From: Eledone cirrhosa | Taxonomy: Eukaryota | Direction of reading: 5' to 3' | NCBI GenBank assembly: GCA_964016885.1 | Contig: OZ024744.1 | Span: 31,434,001 to 31,498,000 of the forward strand | Length of the DNA stretch: 64,000 bases | Shown here: positions 13,501-28,569 of the stretch, piece by piece | How positions within the stretch are numbered: position 1 is the first letter of the stretch | Layout: each line of letters begins with the position of its first letter | Translations under genes and position numbers: made by a program | The notes under the pieces: model-generated | What the model was told of the DNA's origin: nothing | What the model saw: only the letters and a program-made list of their open reading frames with translations | Database searches by the model: none

Positions 13501-16500
13501 TACTAACTAATGTCCTATGTCATGGCCAACTGAGACGTTGGTAAACCCAGAACTAACTAATGTCCTCTGTCATAGCCAACTGAGACGTGGGTAAGCCCAG
13601 TAATAACTAATGTCCTCTGTCATGGCCAACTGAGACGTTGGTAAACCCAGTACTAACTAATGTCCTCTGTCATGGCCAACTAAGATATTGCTGAACCCAG
13701 TATTATCTAATGTCCTATGTCATGACCAACTGAGACGTTGGTATACCCTGTACTAACGAATGTCCTCTGTCATGGCCAACTGAGACATTGGTAAACCCAG
13801 TATAAACTAATGTCCTATGTCATGACCAACTGAGACGTTGGTAAACCCAGTACTAACTAACGCCCTATGTCATGGCCAACTGAGACGTTGGTAAACCCAG
13901 TACTAACAAATATCATATATCATGACCAACTGAGACGTTGGTAAACCCAGTACTAACTAATGTCCTCTGTCATGGCCAACTGAGACATTCGTAAACCCAG
14001 TACTAACTAATGTCCTCTGTCATGGCCAACTGAGAGATTGGTAAACCCAGTACTAACTAATGTCCTCTGTCATGGCCAACTGAGACGTTGGTAAACCCAG
14101 TACTAACTAATGTCCTATGTCATGGTCAACTGAGACGTTGGTAAACCCAGTACTAACAAATGTCCTACGTCATGACCAACTGAGACGTTGGTAAACCCAG
14201 TACTAACTAATGTCCTATGTCATGACCAACTGAGACATTGGTAAACCCAGTACTAACTAATGTCCTATGTCATGGCCAACTGAGACGTTGGTAAACCCAG
14301 TACTAACTAATGTCCTCTGTCATGGAAACTGAGACATTGGTAAACCCAGTACTAACTAATGTCCTATGTCATGACCAACTGAGACGATGGTAAACCCAGT
14401 ACTAAATAATGTCCTCTGTCATGGCCAACTGAGACATTGGTAAACCCAGTTCTAACTAATGTCCTATGTCATGGCCAACTGAGACATTGGTAAACCCAGT
14501 ACTATCTAATGTCCTATGTCATGGCCAACTGAGACGTTGGTAAACCCAGTACTAACTAATGTCCTCTGTCATGGCCAACTGAGAGATTGGTAAACCAAGT
14601 ACTAACTAATGTCCTATGTCATGACCAACTGAGACATTGGTAAACCCAGTACTAACTAATGTCCTCTGTCATAGCCAACTGAGACGTAGGTAAACCCAGT
14701 ACTAACTAATGTCCTCTGTCATGGCCAACTGAAACGTTGGTAAACCGAGTACTAACTAATGTCCTCTGTCATGGCCAACTGAGATGTTGGTAAACCCAGT
14801 ACTAACTAATGTCCTATGTCATGGCCAACTGAGACGTTGGTAAACCCAGTACTAACAAATATCATATATCATGACCAACTGAGACGTTGGTAAACCCAGT
14901 ACTAACTAATGTCCTCTGTCATGGCCAACTGAGACATTCGTAAACCCAGTACTAACTAATGTCCTCTGTCATGGCCAACTGAGAGATTGGTAAACCCAGT
15001 ATTAGCTAATGTCCTATGTCATGGCCAACTGAGATGATGGTAAACCCAGTATTAGCTAATGTCCTATGTCATGGCCAACTGAGACGATGGTAAACCCAGT
15101 ACTAACTAATGTCCTCTGTCATGGCCAACTGAGACATTGGTAAACCCAGTACTAACTAATGTCCTATGTCATGACCAACTGAGATGTTGGTAAACCCAGT
15201 ACTAACTAATGTCCTATGCCATGGCCAACTGAGACGTTGGTAAATCCAGTACTAACTAATGTCCTCTCTCATGGCCAACTGAGACGTTGGTAAACCCAGT
15301 ATTAACTAATGTCCTATGTCATGGCCAACTGAGACGATGGTAAACCCAGTACTAAATAATGTCCTCTGTCATGGCCAACTGAGACATTGGTAAACCCAGT
15401 ACTAACTAATGTCCTATGTCATGGCCAACTGAGACATTATTAAACCCAGTACTATCTAATGTCCTATGTCATGGCACACTGAGACGTTGGTAAACCCAGT
15501 ACTAACTAATGTCGTATGTCATGGCCAACTGAGACGTTGGTAAACCCAGTACTAACTAATGTCCTCTTTCATAGCCAACTGAGACGTAGGTAAACCCAGT
15601 ACTAACTAATGTCCTCTCTCATGGCCAACTGAGACGTTGGTAAACCCAGTACTGACTAATGTCCTCTGTTATGGCCAACTGAGACGTTGGTAAACCCAGT
15701 ACTAACTAATGTCCCATGTCATGGCCAACTGAGTTGTTGGTAAACCCAGTACTATCTAATTTCCTATGTCATGACCAACTGAGACGTTGGTAAACCCAGT
15801 ACTAACTAATGTCCTCTGTCATGGCCAACTGAGACATTCGTAAACCCAGTACTAACTAATGTCCTCTGTTATGGCCAACTGAGAGATTGGTAAACCCAGT
15901 ACTAACTAATGTCCTATGACATGACCAACTGAGACATTGGTAAACTCAGTACTAACTAATGTCCTATGTCATTGCCAACTGAGACGTTGGTAAACCCAGT
16001 ACTAACTAATGTCCTCTCTCATGGCCAACTGAGACATTGGTAAACCCAGTACTAACTAATGTCCTATGTCATGACCAACTGAGACATTGGTAAACCCAGT
16101 ACTAACTAATGTCCTATGTCATGGCCAACTGAGACGTTGGTAAATCCAGTACTAACTAATGTACTCTCTCATGACCAACTGAGACGTTGGTAAACCCAGT
16201 ACAAACTAATGTTCTCTGTCATGGCCAACTGAGACGTAGGTAAACCCAGTACTAACTAATGTCCTCTGTCATGGCCAACTGAGACATTGGTAAGCCCAGT
16301 ACTAACTAATGTCGTATGTCATGGCCAACTGAGACATTGGTAAACCCAGTACTAACTAATGTCCTATGTCATCGCCAATTGAGACGTTGGTAAACCCAGT
16401 ACTAACTAATGTCCTACGTCATGACCACCTGAGACGTTGGTAAACCCAGTACTAACTAATGTCCTCTGTCATGGCCAACTGAAACGTTGGTAAACCCAGT

Positions 16501-19500
16501 ACTAACTAATGTCCTCTGTCATTACCAACTGAGACGTAGGTAAACCCAGTACTAACTCATGTCCTCTGTCATGGCCAACTGAGACGTAGGTAAAACCAGT
16601 ACTAACTATATGTCCTATGTCATGGCCAACTGAGACGTTGGTAAACCCAGTATTAACTAATGTCCTATGTCATGACCAACTGAGACATTGGTAAACCCAG
16701 TACTAACTAATGTCCTATGTCATGGCCAACTGAGACGTTGGTAAACCCAGTACTAACTAATGTCTTATGTCATGGCCAACTGAGACATTGGTAAACCCAG
16801 TACTAACTAATGTCCTATGTCATGGCCAACCGAGACGGTGGTAAACCCAGTACTAACTAATGTCCTATGTCATGACCAACTGAGACGTTGGTAAACCCAG
16901 TATTAACTAATCTCCTATGTCAAGGCCAACTGAGACGTTGGTAAACCCAGTACTAACTAATGTCCTATGTCATGGCCAACTGAGACGTTGGTAAACCCAG
17001 TATTAACTAATGTCCTATGTCATGGCCAACTGAGACATTGGTAAACATAGTACTAACTAATGTCGTATGCCATGGCCAACTGAGACATTGGTAAACCCAG
17101 TACTAACTAATGTCCTATATCATGGCCAATTGAGACGTTGGTAAACACAGTACTAACTAATGTACTCTCTCCTGGCCAACTGAGACGTTGGTAAACCCAG
17201 TACTAACTAATGTTCTCTGTCATGGCCAACTGAGACGTAGGTAAACCCAGTACTAACTAATGTCCTATGTCATGGCCAAATGAGACGTTGGTAAATCCAG
17301 TACTAACTAATGTCCTCTGTCATGGCCAACTGAGACATTCGTAAACCCAGTACTAACTAATGTCCTCTGTCATGGCCAACTGAGTCATTGGTAAACCCAG
17401 TAATAACTAATGTCCTATGTCATGGCCAACTGAGAAGATGGTAAACCCAGTACTAAATAATGTCCTCTGACATAGCCGACTGAGACATTCGTAAACCCAG
17501 TACTAACTAATGTCCTCTGTCATGGCCAACTGAGAGATTGGTAAACCCAGTACTAACTAATGTCCTATGTCATGACCAACTGAGACATTGGTAAACCCAG
17601 TACTAACTAATGTCCTATGTCATGGCCAACTGAGACGTTGGTAAACCCAGAACTAACTAATGTCCTCTGTCATAGCCAACTGAGACGTGGGTAAACCCAG
17701 TAATAACTAATGTCCTCTGTCATGGCCAACTGAGACGTTGGTAAACCCAGTACTAACTAATGTCCTATGTCATGGCCAAATGAGACGTTGGTAAATCCAG
17801 TATTATCTAATGTCCTATGTCATGACCAACTGAGACGTTGGTATACCCTGTACTAACGAATGTCCTCTGTCATGGCCAACTGAGACATTGGTAAACCCAG
17901 TATAAACTAATGTCCTATGTCATGACCAACTGAGACGTTGGTAAACCCAGTACTAACTAACGCCCTATGTCATGGCCAACTGAGACGTTGGTAAACCCAG
18001 TACTAACAAATATCATATATCATGACCAACTGAGACGTTGGTAAACCCAGTACTAACTAATGTCCTCTGTCATGGCCAACTGAGACATTCGTAAACCCAG
18101 TACTAACTAATGTCCTCTGTCATGGCCAACTGAGAGATTGGTAAACCCAGTACTAACTAATGTCCTCTGTCATGGCCAACTGAGACATTGGTAAACCCAG
18201 TACTAACTAATGTCCTATGTCATGACCAACTGAGATGTTGGTAAACCCAGTACTAACTAATGTCCTATGCCATGGCCAACTGAGACGTTGGTAAATCCAG
18301 TACTAACTAATGTCCTCTCTCATGGCCAACTGAGACGTTGGTAAACCCAGTATTAACTAATGTCCTATGTCATGGCCAACTGAGACGATGGTAAACCCAG
18401 TACTAAATAATGTCCTCTGTCATGGCCAACTGAGACATTGGTAAACCCAGTACTAACTAATGTCCTATGTCATGGCCAACTGAGACATTATTAAACCCAG
18501 TACTATCTAATGTCCTATGTCATGGCACACTGAGACGTTGGTAAACCCAGTACTAACTAATGTCGTATGTCATGGCCAACTGAGACGTTGGTAAACCCAG
18601 TACTAACTAATGTCCTCTTTCATAGCCAACTGAGACGTAGGTAAACCCAGTACTAACTAATGTCCTCTCTCATGGCCAACTGAGACGTTGGTAAACCCAG
18701 TACTGACTAATGTCCTCTGTTATGGCCAACTGAGACGTTGGTAAACCCAGTACTAACTAATGTCCCATGTCATGGCCAACTGAGTTGTTGGTAAACCCAG
18801 TACTATCTAATTTCCTATGTCATGACCAACTGAGACGTTGGTAAACCCAGTACTAACTAATGTCCTCTGTCATGGCCAACTGAGACATTCGTAAACCCAG
18901 TACTAACTAATGTCCTCTGTTATGGCCAACTGAGAGATTGGTAAACCCAGTACTAACTAATGTCCTATGACATGACCAACTGAGACATTGGTAAACTCAG
19001 TACTAACTAATGTCCTATGTCATTGCCAACTGAGACGTTGGTAAACCCAGTACTAACTAATGTCCTCTCTCATGGCCAACTGAGACATTGGTAAACCCAG
19101 TACTAACTAATGTCCTATGTCATGACCAACTGAGACATTGGTAAACCCAGTACTAACTAATGTCCTATGTCATGGCCAACTGAGACGTTGGTAAATCCAG
19201 TACTAACTAATGTACTCTCTCATGACCAACTGAGACGTTGGTAAACCCAGTACAAACTAATGTTCTCTGTCATGGCCAACTGAGACGTAGGTAAACCCAG
19301 TACTAACTAATGTCCTCTGTCATGGCCAACTGAGACATTGGTAAACCCAGTACTAACTAATGTCGTATGTCATGGCCAACTGAGACATTGGTAAACCCAG
19401 TACTAACTAATGTCCTATGTCATCGCCAATTGAGACGTTGGTAAACCCAGTACTAACTAATGTCCTACGTCATGACCACCTGAGACGTTGGTAAACCCAG

Positions 19501-22500
19501 TACTAACTAATGTCCTCTGTCATGGCCAACTGAAACGTTGGTAAACCCAGTACTAACTAATGTCCTCTGTCATTACCAACTGAGACGTAGGTAAACCCAG
19601 TACTAACTCATGTCCTCTGTCATGGCCAACTGAGACGTAGGTAAAACCAGTACTAACTATATGTCCTATGTCATGGCCAACTGAGACGTTGGTAAACCCA
19701 GTATTAACTAATGTCCTATGTCATGACCAACTGAGACATTGGTAAACCCAGTACTAACTAATGTCCTATGTCATGGCCAACTGAGACGTTGGTAAACCCA
19801 GTACTAACTAATGTCTTATGTCATGGCCAACTGAGACATTGGTAAACCCAGTACTAACTAATGTCCTATGTCATGGCCAACCGAGACGGTGGTAAACCCA
19901 GTACTAACTAATGTCCTATGTCATGACCAACTGAGACGTTGGTAAACCCAGTATTAACTAATCTCCTATGTCAAGGCCAACTGAGACGTTGGTAAACCCA
20001 GTACTAACTAATGTCCTATGTCATGGCCAACTGAGACGTTGGTAAACCCAGTATTAACTAATGTCCTATGTCATGGCCAACTGAGACATTGGTAAACATA
20101 GTACTAACTAATGTCGTATGCCATGGCCAACTGAGACATTGGTAAACCCAGTACTAACTAATGTCCTATATCATGGCCAATTGAGACGTTGGTAAACACA
20201 GTACTAACTAATGTACTCTCTCCTGGCCAACTGAGACGTTGGTAAACCCAGTACTAACTAATGTTCTCTGTCATGGCCAACTGAGACGTAGGTAAACCCA
20301 GTACTAACTAATGTCCTATGTCATGGCCAAATGAGACGTTGGTAAATCCAGTACTAACTAATGTCCTCTGTCATGGCCAACTGAGACATTCGTAAACCCA
20401 GTACTAACTAATGTCCTCTGTCATGGCCAACTGAGTCATTGGTAAACCCAGTAATAACTAATGTCCTATGTCATGGCCAACTGAGAAGATGGTAAACCCA
20501 GTACTAAATAATGTCCTCTGACATAGCCGACTGAGACATTCGTAAACCCAGTACTAACTAATGTCCTCTGTCATGGCCAACTGAGAGATTGGTAAACCCA
20601 GTACTAACTAATGTCCTATGTCATGACCAACTGAGACATTGGTAAACCCAGTACTAACTAATGTCCTATGTCATGGCCAACTGAGACGTTGGTAAACCCA
20701 GAACTAACTAATGTCCTCTGTCATAGCCAACTGAGACGTGGGTAAACCCAGTAATAACTAATGTCCTCTGTCATGGCCAACTGAGACGTTGGTAAACCCA
20801 GTACTAACTAATGTCCTCTGTCATGGCCAACTGAGATATTGCTGAACCCAGTATTATCTAATGTCCTATGTCATGACCAACTGAGACGTTGGTATACCCT
20901 GTACTAACGAATGTCCTCTGTCATGGCCAACTGAGACATTGGTAAACCCAGTATAAACTAATGTCCTATGTCATGACCAACTGAGACGTTGGTAAACCCA
21001 GTACTAACTAACGCCCTATGTCATGGCCAACTGAGACGTTGGTAAACCCAGTACTAACAAATATCATATATCATGACCAACTGAGACGTTGGTAAACCCA
21101 GTACTAACTAATGTCCTCTGTCATGGCCAACTGAGACATTCGTAAACCCAGTACTAACTAATGTCCTCTGTCATGGCCAACTGAGAGATTGGTAAACCCA
21201 GTACTAACTAATGTCCTCTGTCATGGCCAACTGAGACATTGGTAAACCCAGTACTAACTAATGTCCTATGTCATGACCAACTGAGATGTTGGTAAACCCA
21301 GTACTAACTAATGTCCTATGCCATGGCCAACTGAGACGTTGGTAAATCCAGTACTAACTAATGTCCTCTCTCATGGCCAACTGAGACGTTGGTAAACCCA
21401 GTATTAACTAATGTCCTATGTCATGGCCAACTGAGACGATGGTAAACCCAGTACTAAATAATGTCCTCTGTCATGGCCAACTGAGACATTGGTAAACCCA
21501 GTACTAACTAATGTCCTATGTCATGGCCAACTGAGACATTATTAAACCCAGTACTATCTAATGTCCTATGTCATGGCACACTGAGACGTTGGTAAACCCA
21601 GTACTAACTAATGTCGTATGTCATGGCCAACTGAGACGTTGGTAAACCCAGTACTAACTAATGTCCTCTTTCATAGCCAACTGAGACGTAGGTAAACCCA
21701 GTACTAACTAATGTCCTCTCTCATGGCCAACTGAGACGTTGGTAAACCCAGTACTGACTAATGTCCTCTGTTATGGCCAACTGAGACGTTGGTAAACCCA
21801 GTACTAACTAATGTCCCATGTCATGGCCAACTGAGTTGTTGGTAAACCCAGTACTATCTAATTTCCTATGTCATGACCAACTGAGACGTTGGTAAACCCA
21901 GTACTAACTAATGTCCTCTGTCATGGCCAACTGAGACATTCGTAAACCCAGTACTAACTAATGTCCTCTGTTATGGCCAACTGAGAGATTGGTAAACCCA
22001 GTACTAACTAATGTCCTATGACATGACCAACTGAGACATTGGTAAATTCAGTACTAACTAATGTCCTATGTCATTGCCAACTGAGACGTTGGTAAACCCA
22101 GTACTAACTAATGTCCTCTCTCATGGCCAACTGAGACATTGGTAAACCCAGTACTAACTAATGTCCTATGTCATGACCAACTGAGACATTGGTAAACCCA
22201 GTACTAACTAATGTCCTATGTCATGGCCAACTGAGACGTTGGTAAATCCAGTACTAACTAATGTACTCTCTCATGACCAACTGAGACGTTGGTAAACCCA
22301 GTACAAACTAATGTTCTCTGTCATGGCCAACTGAGACGTAGGTAAACCCAGTACTAACTAATGTCCTCTGTCATGGCCAACTGAGACATTGGTAAACCCA
22401 GTACTAACTAATGTCGTATGTCATGGCCAACTGAGACATTGGTAAACCCAGTACTAACTAATGTCCTATGTCATCGCCAATTGAGACGTTGGTAAACCCA

Positions 22501-24850
22501 GTACTAACTAATGTCCTACGTCATGACCACCTGAGACGTTGGTAAACCCAGTACTAACTAATGTCCTCTGTCATGGCCAACTGAAACGTTGGTAAACCCA
22601 GTACTAACTAATGTCCTCTGTCATTACCAACTGAGACGTAGGTAAACCCAGTACTAACTCATGTCCTCTGTCATGGCCAACTGAGACGTAGGTAAAACCA
22701 GTACTAACTATATGTCCTATGTCATGGCCAACTGAGACGTTGGTAAACCCAGTATTAACTAATGTCCTATGTCATGACCAACTGAGACATTGGTAAACCC
22801 AGTACTAACTAATGTCCTATGTCATGGCCAACTGAGACGTTGGTAAACCCAGTACTAACTAATGTCTTATGTCATGGCCAACTGAGACATTGGTAAACCC
22901 AGTACTAACTAATGTCCTATGTCATGGCCAACCGAGACGGTGGTAAACCCAGTACTAACTAATGTCCTATGTCATGACCAACTGAGACGTTGGTAAACCC
23001 AGTATTAACTAATCTCCTATGTCAAGGCCAACTGAGACGTTGGTAAACCCAGTACTAACTAATGTCCTATGTCATGGCCAACTGAGACGTTGGTAAACCC
23101 AGTATTAACTAATGTCCTATGTCATGGCCAACTGAGACATTGGTAAACATAGTACTAACTAATGTCGTATGCCATGGCCAACTGAGACATTGGTAAACCC
23201 AGTACTAACTAATGTCCTATATCATGGCCAATTGAGACGTTGGTAAACACAGTACTAACTAATGTACTCTCTCCTGGCCAACTGAGACGTTGGTAAACCC
23301 AGTACTAACTAATGTTCTCTGTCATGGCCAACTGAGACGTAGGTAAACCCAGTACTAACTAATGTCCTATGTCATGGCCAAATGAGACGTTGGTAAATCC
23401 AGTACTAACTAATGTCCTCTGTCATGGCCAACTGAGACATTCGTAAACCCAGTACTAACTAATGTCCTCTGTCATGGCCAACTGAGTCATTGGTAAACCC
23501 AGTAATAACTAATGTCCTATGTCATGGCCAACTGAGAAGATGGTAAACCCAGTACTAAATAATGTCCTCTGACATAGCCGACTGAGACATTCGTAAACCC
23601 AGTACTAACTAATGTCCTCTGTCATGGCCAACTGAGAGATTGGTAAACCCAGTACTAACTAATGTCCTATGTCATGACCAACTGAGACATTGGTAAACCC
23701 AGTACTAACTAATGTCCTATGTCATGGCCAACTGAGACGTTGGTAAACCCAGAACTAACTAATGTCCTCTGTCATAGCCAACTGAGACGTGGGTAAACCC
23801 AGTAATAACTAATGTCCTCTGTCATGGCCAACTGAGACGTTGGTAAACCCAGTACTAACTAATGTCCTCTGTCATGGCCAACTGAGATATTGCTGAACCC
23901 AGTATTATCTAATGTCCTATGTCATGACCAACTGAGACGTTGGTATACCCTGTACTAACGAATGTCCTCTGTCATGGCCAACTGAGACATTGGTAAACCC
24001 AGTATAAACTAATGTCCTATGTCATGACCAACTGAGACGTTGGTAAACCCAGTACTAACTAACGCCCTATGTCATGGCCAACTGAGACGTTGGTAAACCC
24101 AGTACTAACAAATATCATATATCATGACCAACTGAGACGTTGGTAAACCCAGTACTAACTAATGTCCTCTGTCATGGCCAACTGAGACATTCGTAAACCC
24201 AGTACTAACTAATGTCCTCTGTCATGGCCAACTGAGAGATTGGTAAACCCAGTACTAACTAATGTCCTCTGTCATGGCCAACTGAGACGTTGGTAAACCC
24301 AGTACTAACTAATGTCCTATGTCATGGTCAACTGAGACGTTGGTAAACCCAGTACTAACAAATGTCCTACGTCATGACCAACTGAAACGTTGGTAAACCC
24401 AGTACTAACTAATGTCCTATGTCATGACCAACTGAGACATTGGTAAACCCAGTACTAACTAATGTCCTATGTCATGGCCAACTGAGACGTTGGTAAACCC
24501 AGTACTAACTAATGTCCTCTGTCATGGAAACTGAGACATTGGTAAACCCAGTACTAACTAATGTCCTATGTCATGACCAACTGAGACGATGGTAAACCCA
24601 GTACTAAATAATGTCCTCTGTCATGGCCAACTGAGACATTGGTAAACCCAGTTCTAACTAATGTCCTATGTCATGGCCAACTGAGACATTGGTAAACCCA
24701 GTACTATCTAATGTCCTATGTCATGGCCAACTGAGACGTTGGTAAACCCAGTACTAACTAATGTCCTCTGTCATGGCCAACTGAGAGATTGGTAAACCCA
24801 GTACTAACTAATGTCCTATGTCATGACCAACTGAGACATTGGTAAACCCA
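10550..24850 (+). repeat. Nested higher-order repeat: 4,100-bp (82-monomer) duplication whose second copy contains a triplicated 3,051-bp unit
   Basis: 1-bp-insertion marker ACTAACTATA at 12501, 16601, 19652, 22703 (spacings 4100, 3051, 3051). Deletion marker CATGGAAACT at 14321 and 24523 (10,202 = 4100 + 2x3051). Confidence 0.9.
15090..24285 (+). repeat. Three near-identical tandem copies of a 3,051-bp (61-monomer +1 bp) unit
   Basis: ATGGCACACT at 15471, 18522, 21573; GACCACCTG, CAAGGCC, CATAGCCGAC and GAGAAGATGG variants repeat with the same period. Confidence 0.9.
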
Positions 24851-27800
24851 GTACTAACTAATGACCTATGTCATGGCCAACTGAGACGATGGTAAACCCA
24901 GTACTAACTAATGTCCTCTGTCATAGCCAACTGAGACGTGGGTAAACCAAGTAATAACTAATGTCCTCTGTCATGGCCAACTGAGACGTTGGTAAACCCA
25001 GTACTAACTAATGTCCTCTGTCATGGCCAACTGAGATATTGCTAAACCCAGTATTATCTAATGTCCTATGTCATGACCAACTGAGACGTTGGTATACCCT
25101 GTACTAACGAATGTCCTCTGTCATGGCCAACTGAGACATTGGTAAACACAGTATAAACTAATGTCCTACGTCATGACCAACTGAGACGTTGGTAAACCCA
25201 GTACTAACTAACGCCCTATGTCATGGCCAACTGAGACGTTGGTAAACCCAGTACTAACAAATATCATATATCATGACCAACTGAGACGTTGGTAAACCCA
25301 GTACTAACTAATGTCCCCTGTCATGGCTAACTGAGACATTCGTAAACCCAGTACTAACTAATGTCCTCTGTCATGGCCAACTCAGACGTTGGTAAACCCA
25401 GTACTAACTAATGTCCTCTGTCATGGCCAACTGAGAGATTGGTAAACCCAGTACTAACTAATGTCCTCTGTCATGGCCAACTCAGACGTTGGTAAACCCA
25501 GTACTAACTAATGTCCTATGTCATGGTCAACTGAGACGTTGGTAAACCCAGTACTAACAAATGTCCTACGTCATGAACAACTGAGACGTTGGTAAACCCA
25601 GTACTAACTAATGTCCTATGTCATGACCAACTGAGACATTGGTAAACCCAGTACTAACTAATGTCCTATGTCATGGACAACTGAGACGTTGGTAAACCCA
25701 GTCCTAACTAATGTACTCTGTCATGGCCAACTGAGACATTGGTAAACCCAGTACTAACTAATGTCCTATGTCATGACCAACTGAGACATTGGTAAACCCA
25801 GTACTAACTAATGTCCTATGTCATGGCCAACTGAGACGTTGGTAAATCGAATACTGACTAATGTCCTCTCTCATGGCGAACTGATATTTGGTAAACCCAG
25901 TACTAACTAATGTTCTCTGTCATGGCCAACTGAGACGTTGGTAAACCCAGTATTAACTAATGTCCTATGTCATGGCCAACTGAGACGATGGTAAACCCAG
26001 AACTAAATAATGTCCTCTGTCATGGCCAACTGAGACATTGGTAAACCCAGTTCTAACTAATGTCCTATGTCATGGCCAACTGAGACATTGGTAAACCCAG
26101 TACTATCTAATGTCTTATGTCATGGCCAACTGAGACGTTGGTAAACCCAGTACTAACTAATGTCCTCTGTCATGGCCAACTGAGAGATTGGTTAACCCAG
26201 TACTAACTAATGTCCTATGTCATGACCAACTGAGAGATTGGTAAACCCAGTACTAACTAATGTCCTATGTCATGACCAACTGAGACATTGGTAAACCCAG
26301 TACTAACTAATCTCCTATGTCATGGCCAACTGAGACGTTGGTAAACCCAGTACTAACTGATGTCCTCTGTCATAGCCAACTGAGACGTAGGTAAACCCAG
26401 TACTAACTAATGTCCTCTGTCATGGCCAACTGAGACGTTGGTAAACCCAGTACTAACTAATGTCCTCTGTCATGGCCAACTGAGATATTGATAAACCCAG
26501 TATTATCTAATGTCCTATGTCATGACCAACTGAGACGTAGGTAAACCCAGTACTAACTAATGTCCTCTGTCATGGCCAACTGAGACGTAGGTAAACCCAG
26601 TACTAACTAATGTCCTATGTCATGGCCAACTGAGACGTTGGGAGACCCAGTATTAACTAATGTCCTATGTCATGACCAACTGAGACATTGGTAAACCCAG
26701 TACTATCTAATGTCCTATGTCATGGCCAACTGAGACGTTGGTAAACCCAGTACTAACTAATGTCTTATGTCATGGCCAACTGAGACATTGGTAAACCTAG
26801 TACTAACTAATGTCCTCTGTCATGGCCAACCGAGACGGTGGTAAACCCAGTTCTAACTATTGTCCTCTGTCATGGTCAACGGAGACGTTGGTAAACCCAG
26901 TACTAACTAATGTCCTATGTCATGACCAACTGAAACATTGGTAAACCCAGTACTAACTAATGTCCTATGTCATGACCAACTGAGACGTAGGTAAATCCAG
27001 TACTAACTAATGACCTATGTCATGACCAACTGAGACATTGGTAAACCCAGTACTAACTAATGTCCTATGTCATGGCCAACTGAGACGTTGGTAAACCCAT
27101 TACTAACTAATGTCCTATGTCATGACCAACTGAGACGTTGGTAAACCCAGTATTAACTAATGTCTTATGTCATGGCCAACTGAGACGTTGGTAAACCCAG
27201 TACTAACTAATGTCCTATGTCATGGCCAACTGAGACGTTGGTAAACCCAGTATTAACTAATGTCCTATGTCATGGCCAACTGAGACATTGGTAAACACAG
27301 TACTAACTAATGTCGTATGTCATGGCCAACTGAGACATTGGTAAACCCAGTACTAACTAATGTCCTATGTCATGGCCAATTGAGACGTTGGTAAACACAG
27401 TACTAACTAATGTACTCTCTCCTGGCCAAATGAGACGTTGGTAAACCCAGTACTAACTAATGTCCTATGTCATGACCAACTGAGATATTGCTAAACCCAG
27501 TACTAATTAATGTCCTATGTCATGGCCAACTGAGAGATTGGTAAAGCCAGTACTAACTAATGTCCTATGTCATGGACAAATGAGACATAGGTAAATCCAG
27601 TACTAACTAATGTCCTATGTCATGACCAACTGAGATATTGCTAAACCCAGTACTAAATAATGTCCTCTGTCATAGCCAACGGAGACATTCGTAAACCCAG
27701 TACTAACTAATGTCCTCTGTCATGGCCAACTGAGACATTGGTAAACCCAGTACTAACTAATGTCCTATGTCATGGCCAACTGAGACCTTGGTAAACCCAG

Positions 27801-28569
27801 TACTAACTAATGTCCTCTGTCATAGCCAACTGAGACGTAGGTAAACCCAGTACTAACTAATGTCCTCTGTCATGGCCAACTGAGACGTTGGTAAACCCAG
27901 TACTAACTAATGTCCTCTGTCATGGCCAACTGAGATATTGCTAAACCCAGTATTATCTAATGTCCTATGTCATGACCAACTGAGACGTTGGTATACCCAG
28001 TACTAACGAATGTCCTCTGTCATGGCCAACTGAGACATTGGTAAACCCAGTATAAACTAATGTCCTATGTCATGACCAACTGAGACGTTGGTAAACCCAG
28101 TACTAACTAACGCCCTATGTCATGGCCAACTGAGACGTTGGTAAACCCAGTACTAACTATTGTCCTCTGTCATGGCCAACTGAGACGTTGGTAAACACAG
28201 TACTAACTAATGTCTTATGTCATGGCCAACTGAGATGTTGGTAAACCCAGTACTAACTAATGTCCTCTGTCATGGCCAACTGAGACATTGGTAAACCCAG
28301 TACTAACTAATGTCCTCTGTCATGGCCAACTGAGAGATTGGTAAACCCAGTACTAACTAATGTCCTATGTCATGACCAACTGAGACATTGGTAAACCCAG
28401 TACTAACTAATGTCCTATGTCATGGCCAACTGAGACGTTGGTAAACCCAGAACTAACTAATGTCCTCTGTCATAGCCAACTGAGACGTGGGTAAACCCAG
28501 TAATAACTAATGTCCTCTGTCATGGCCAACTGAGACGTTGGTAAACCCAGTACTAACTAATGTCCTCTG

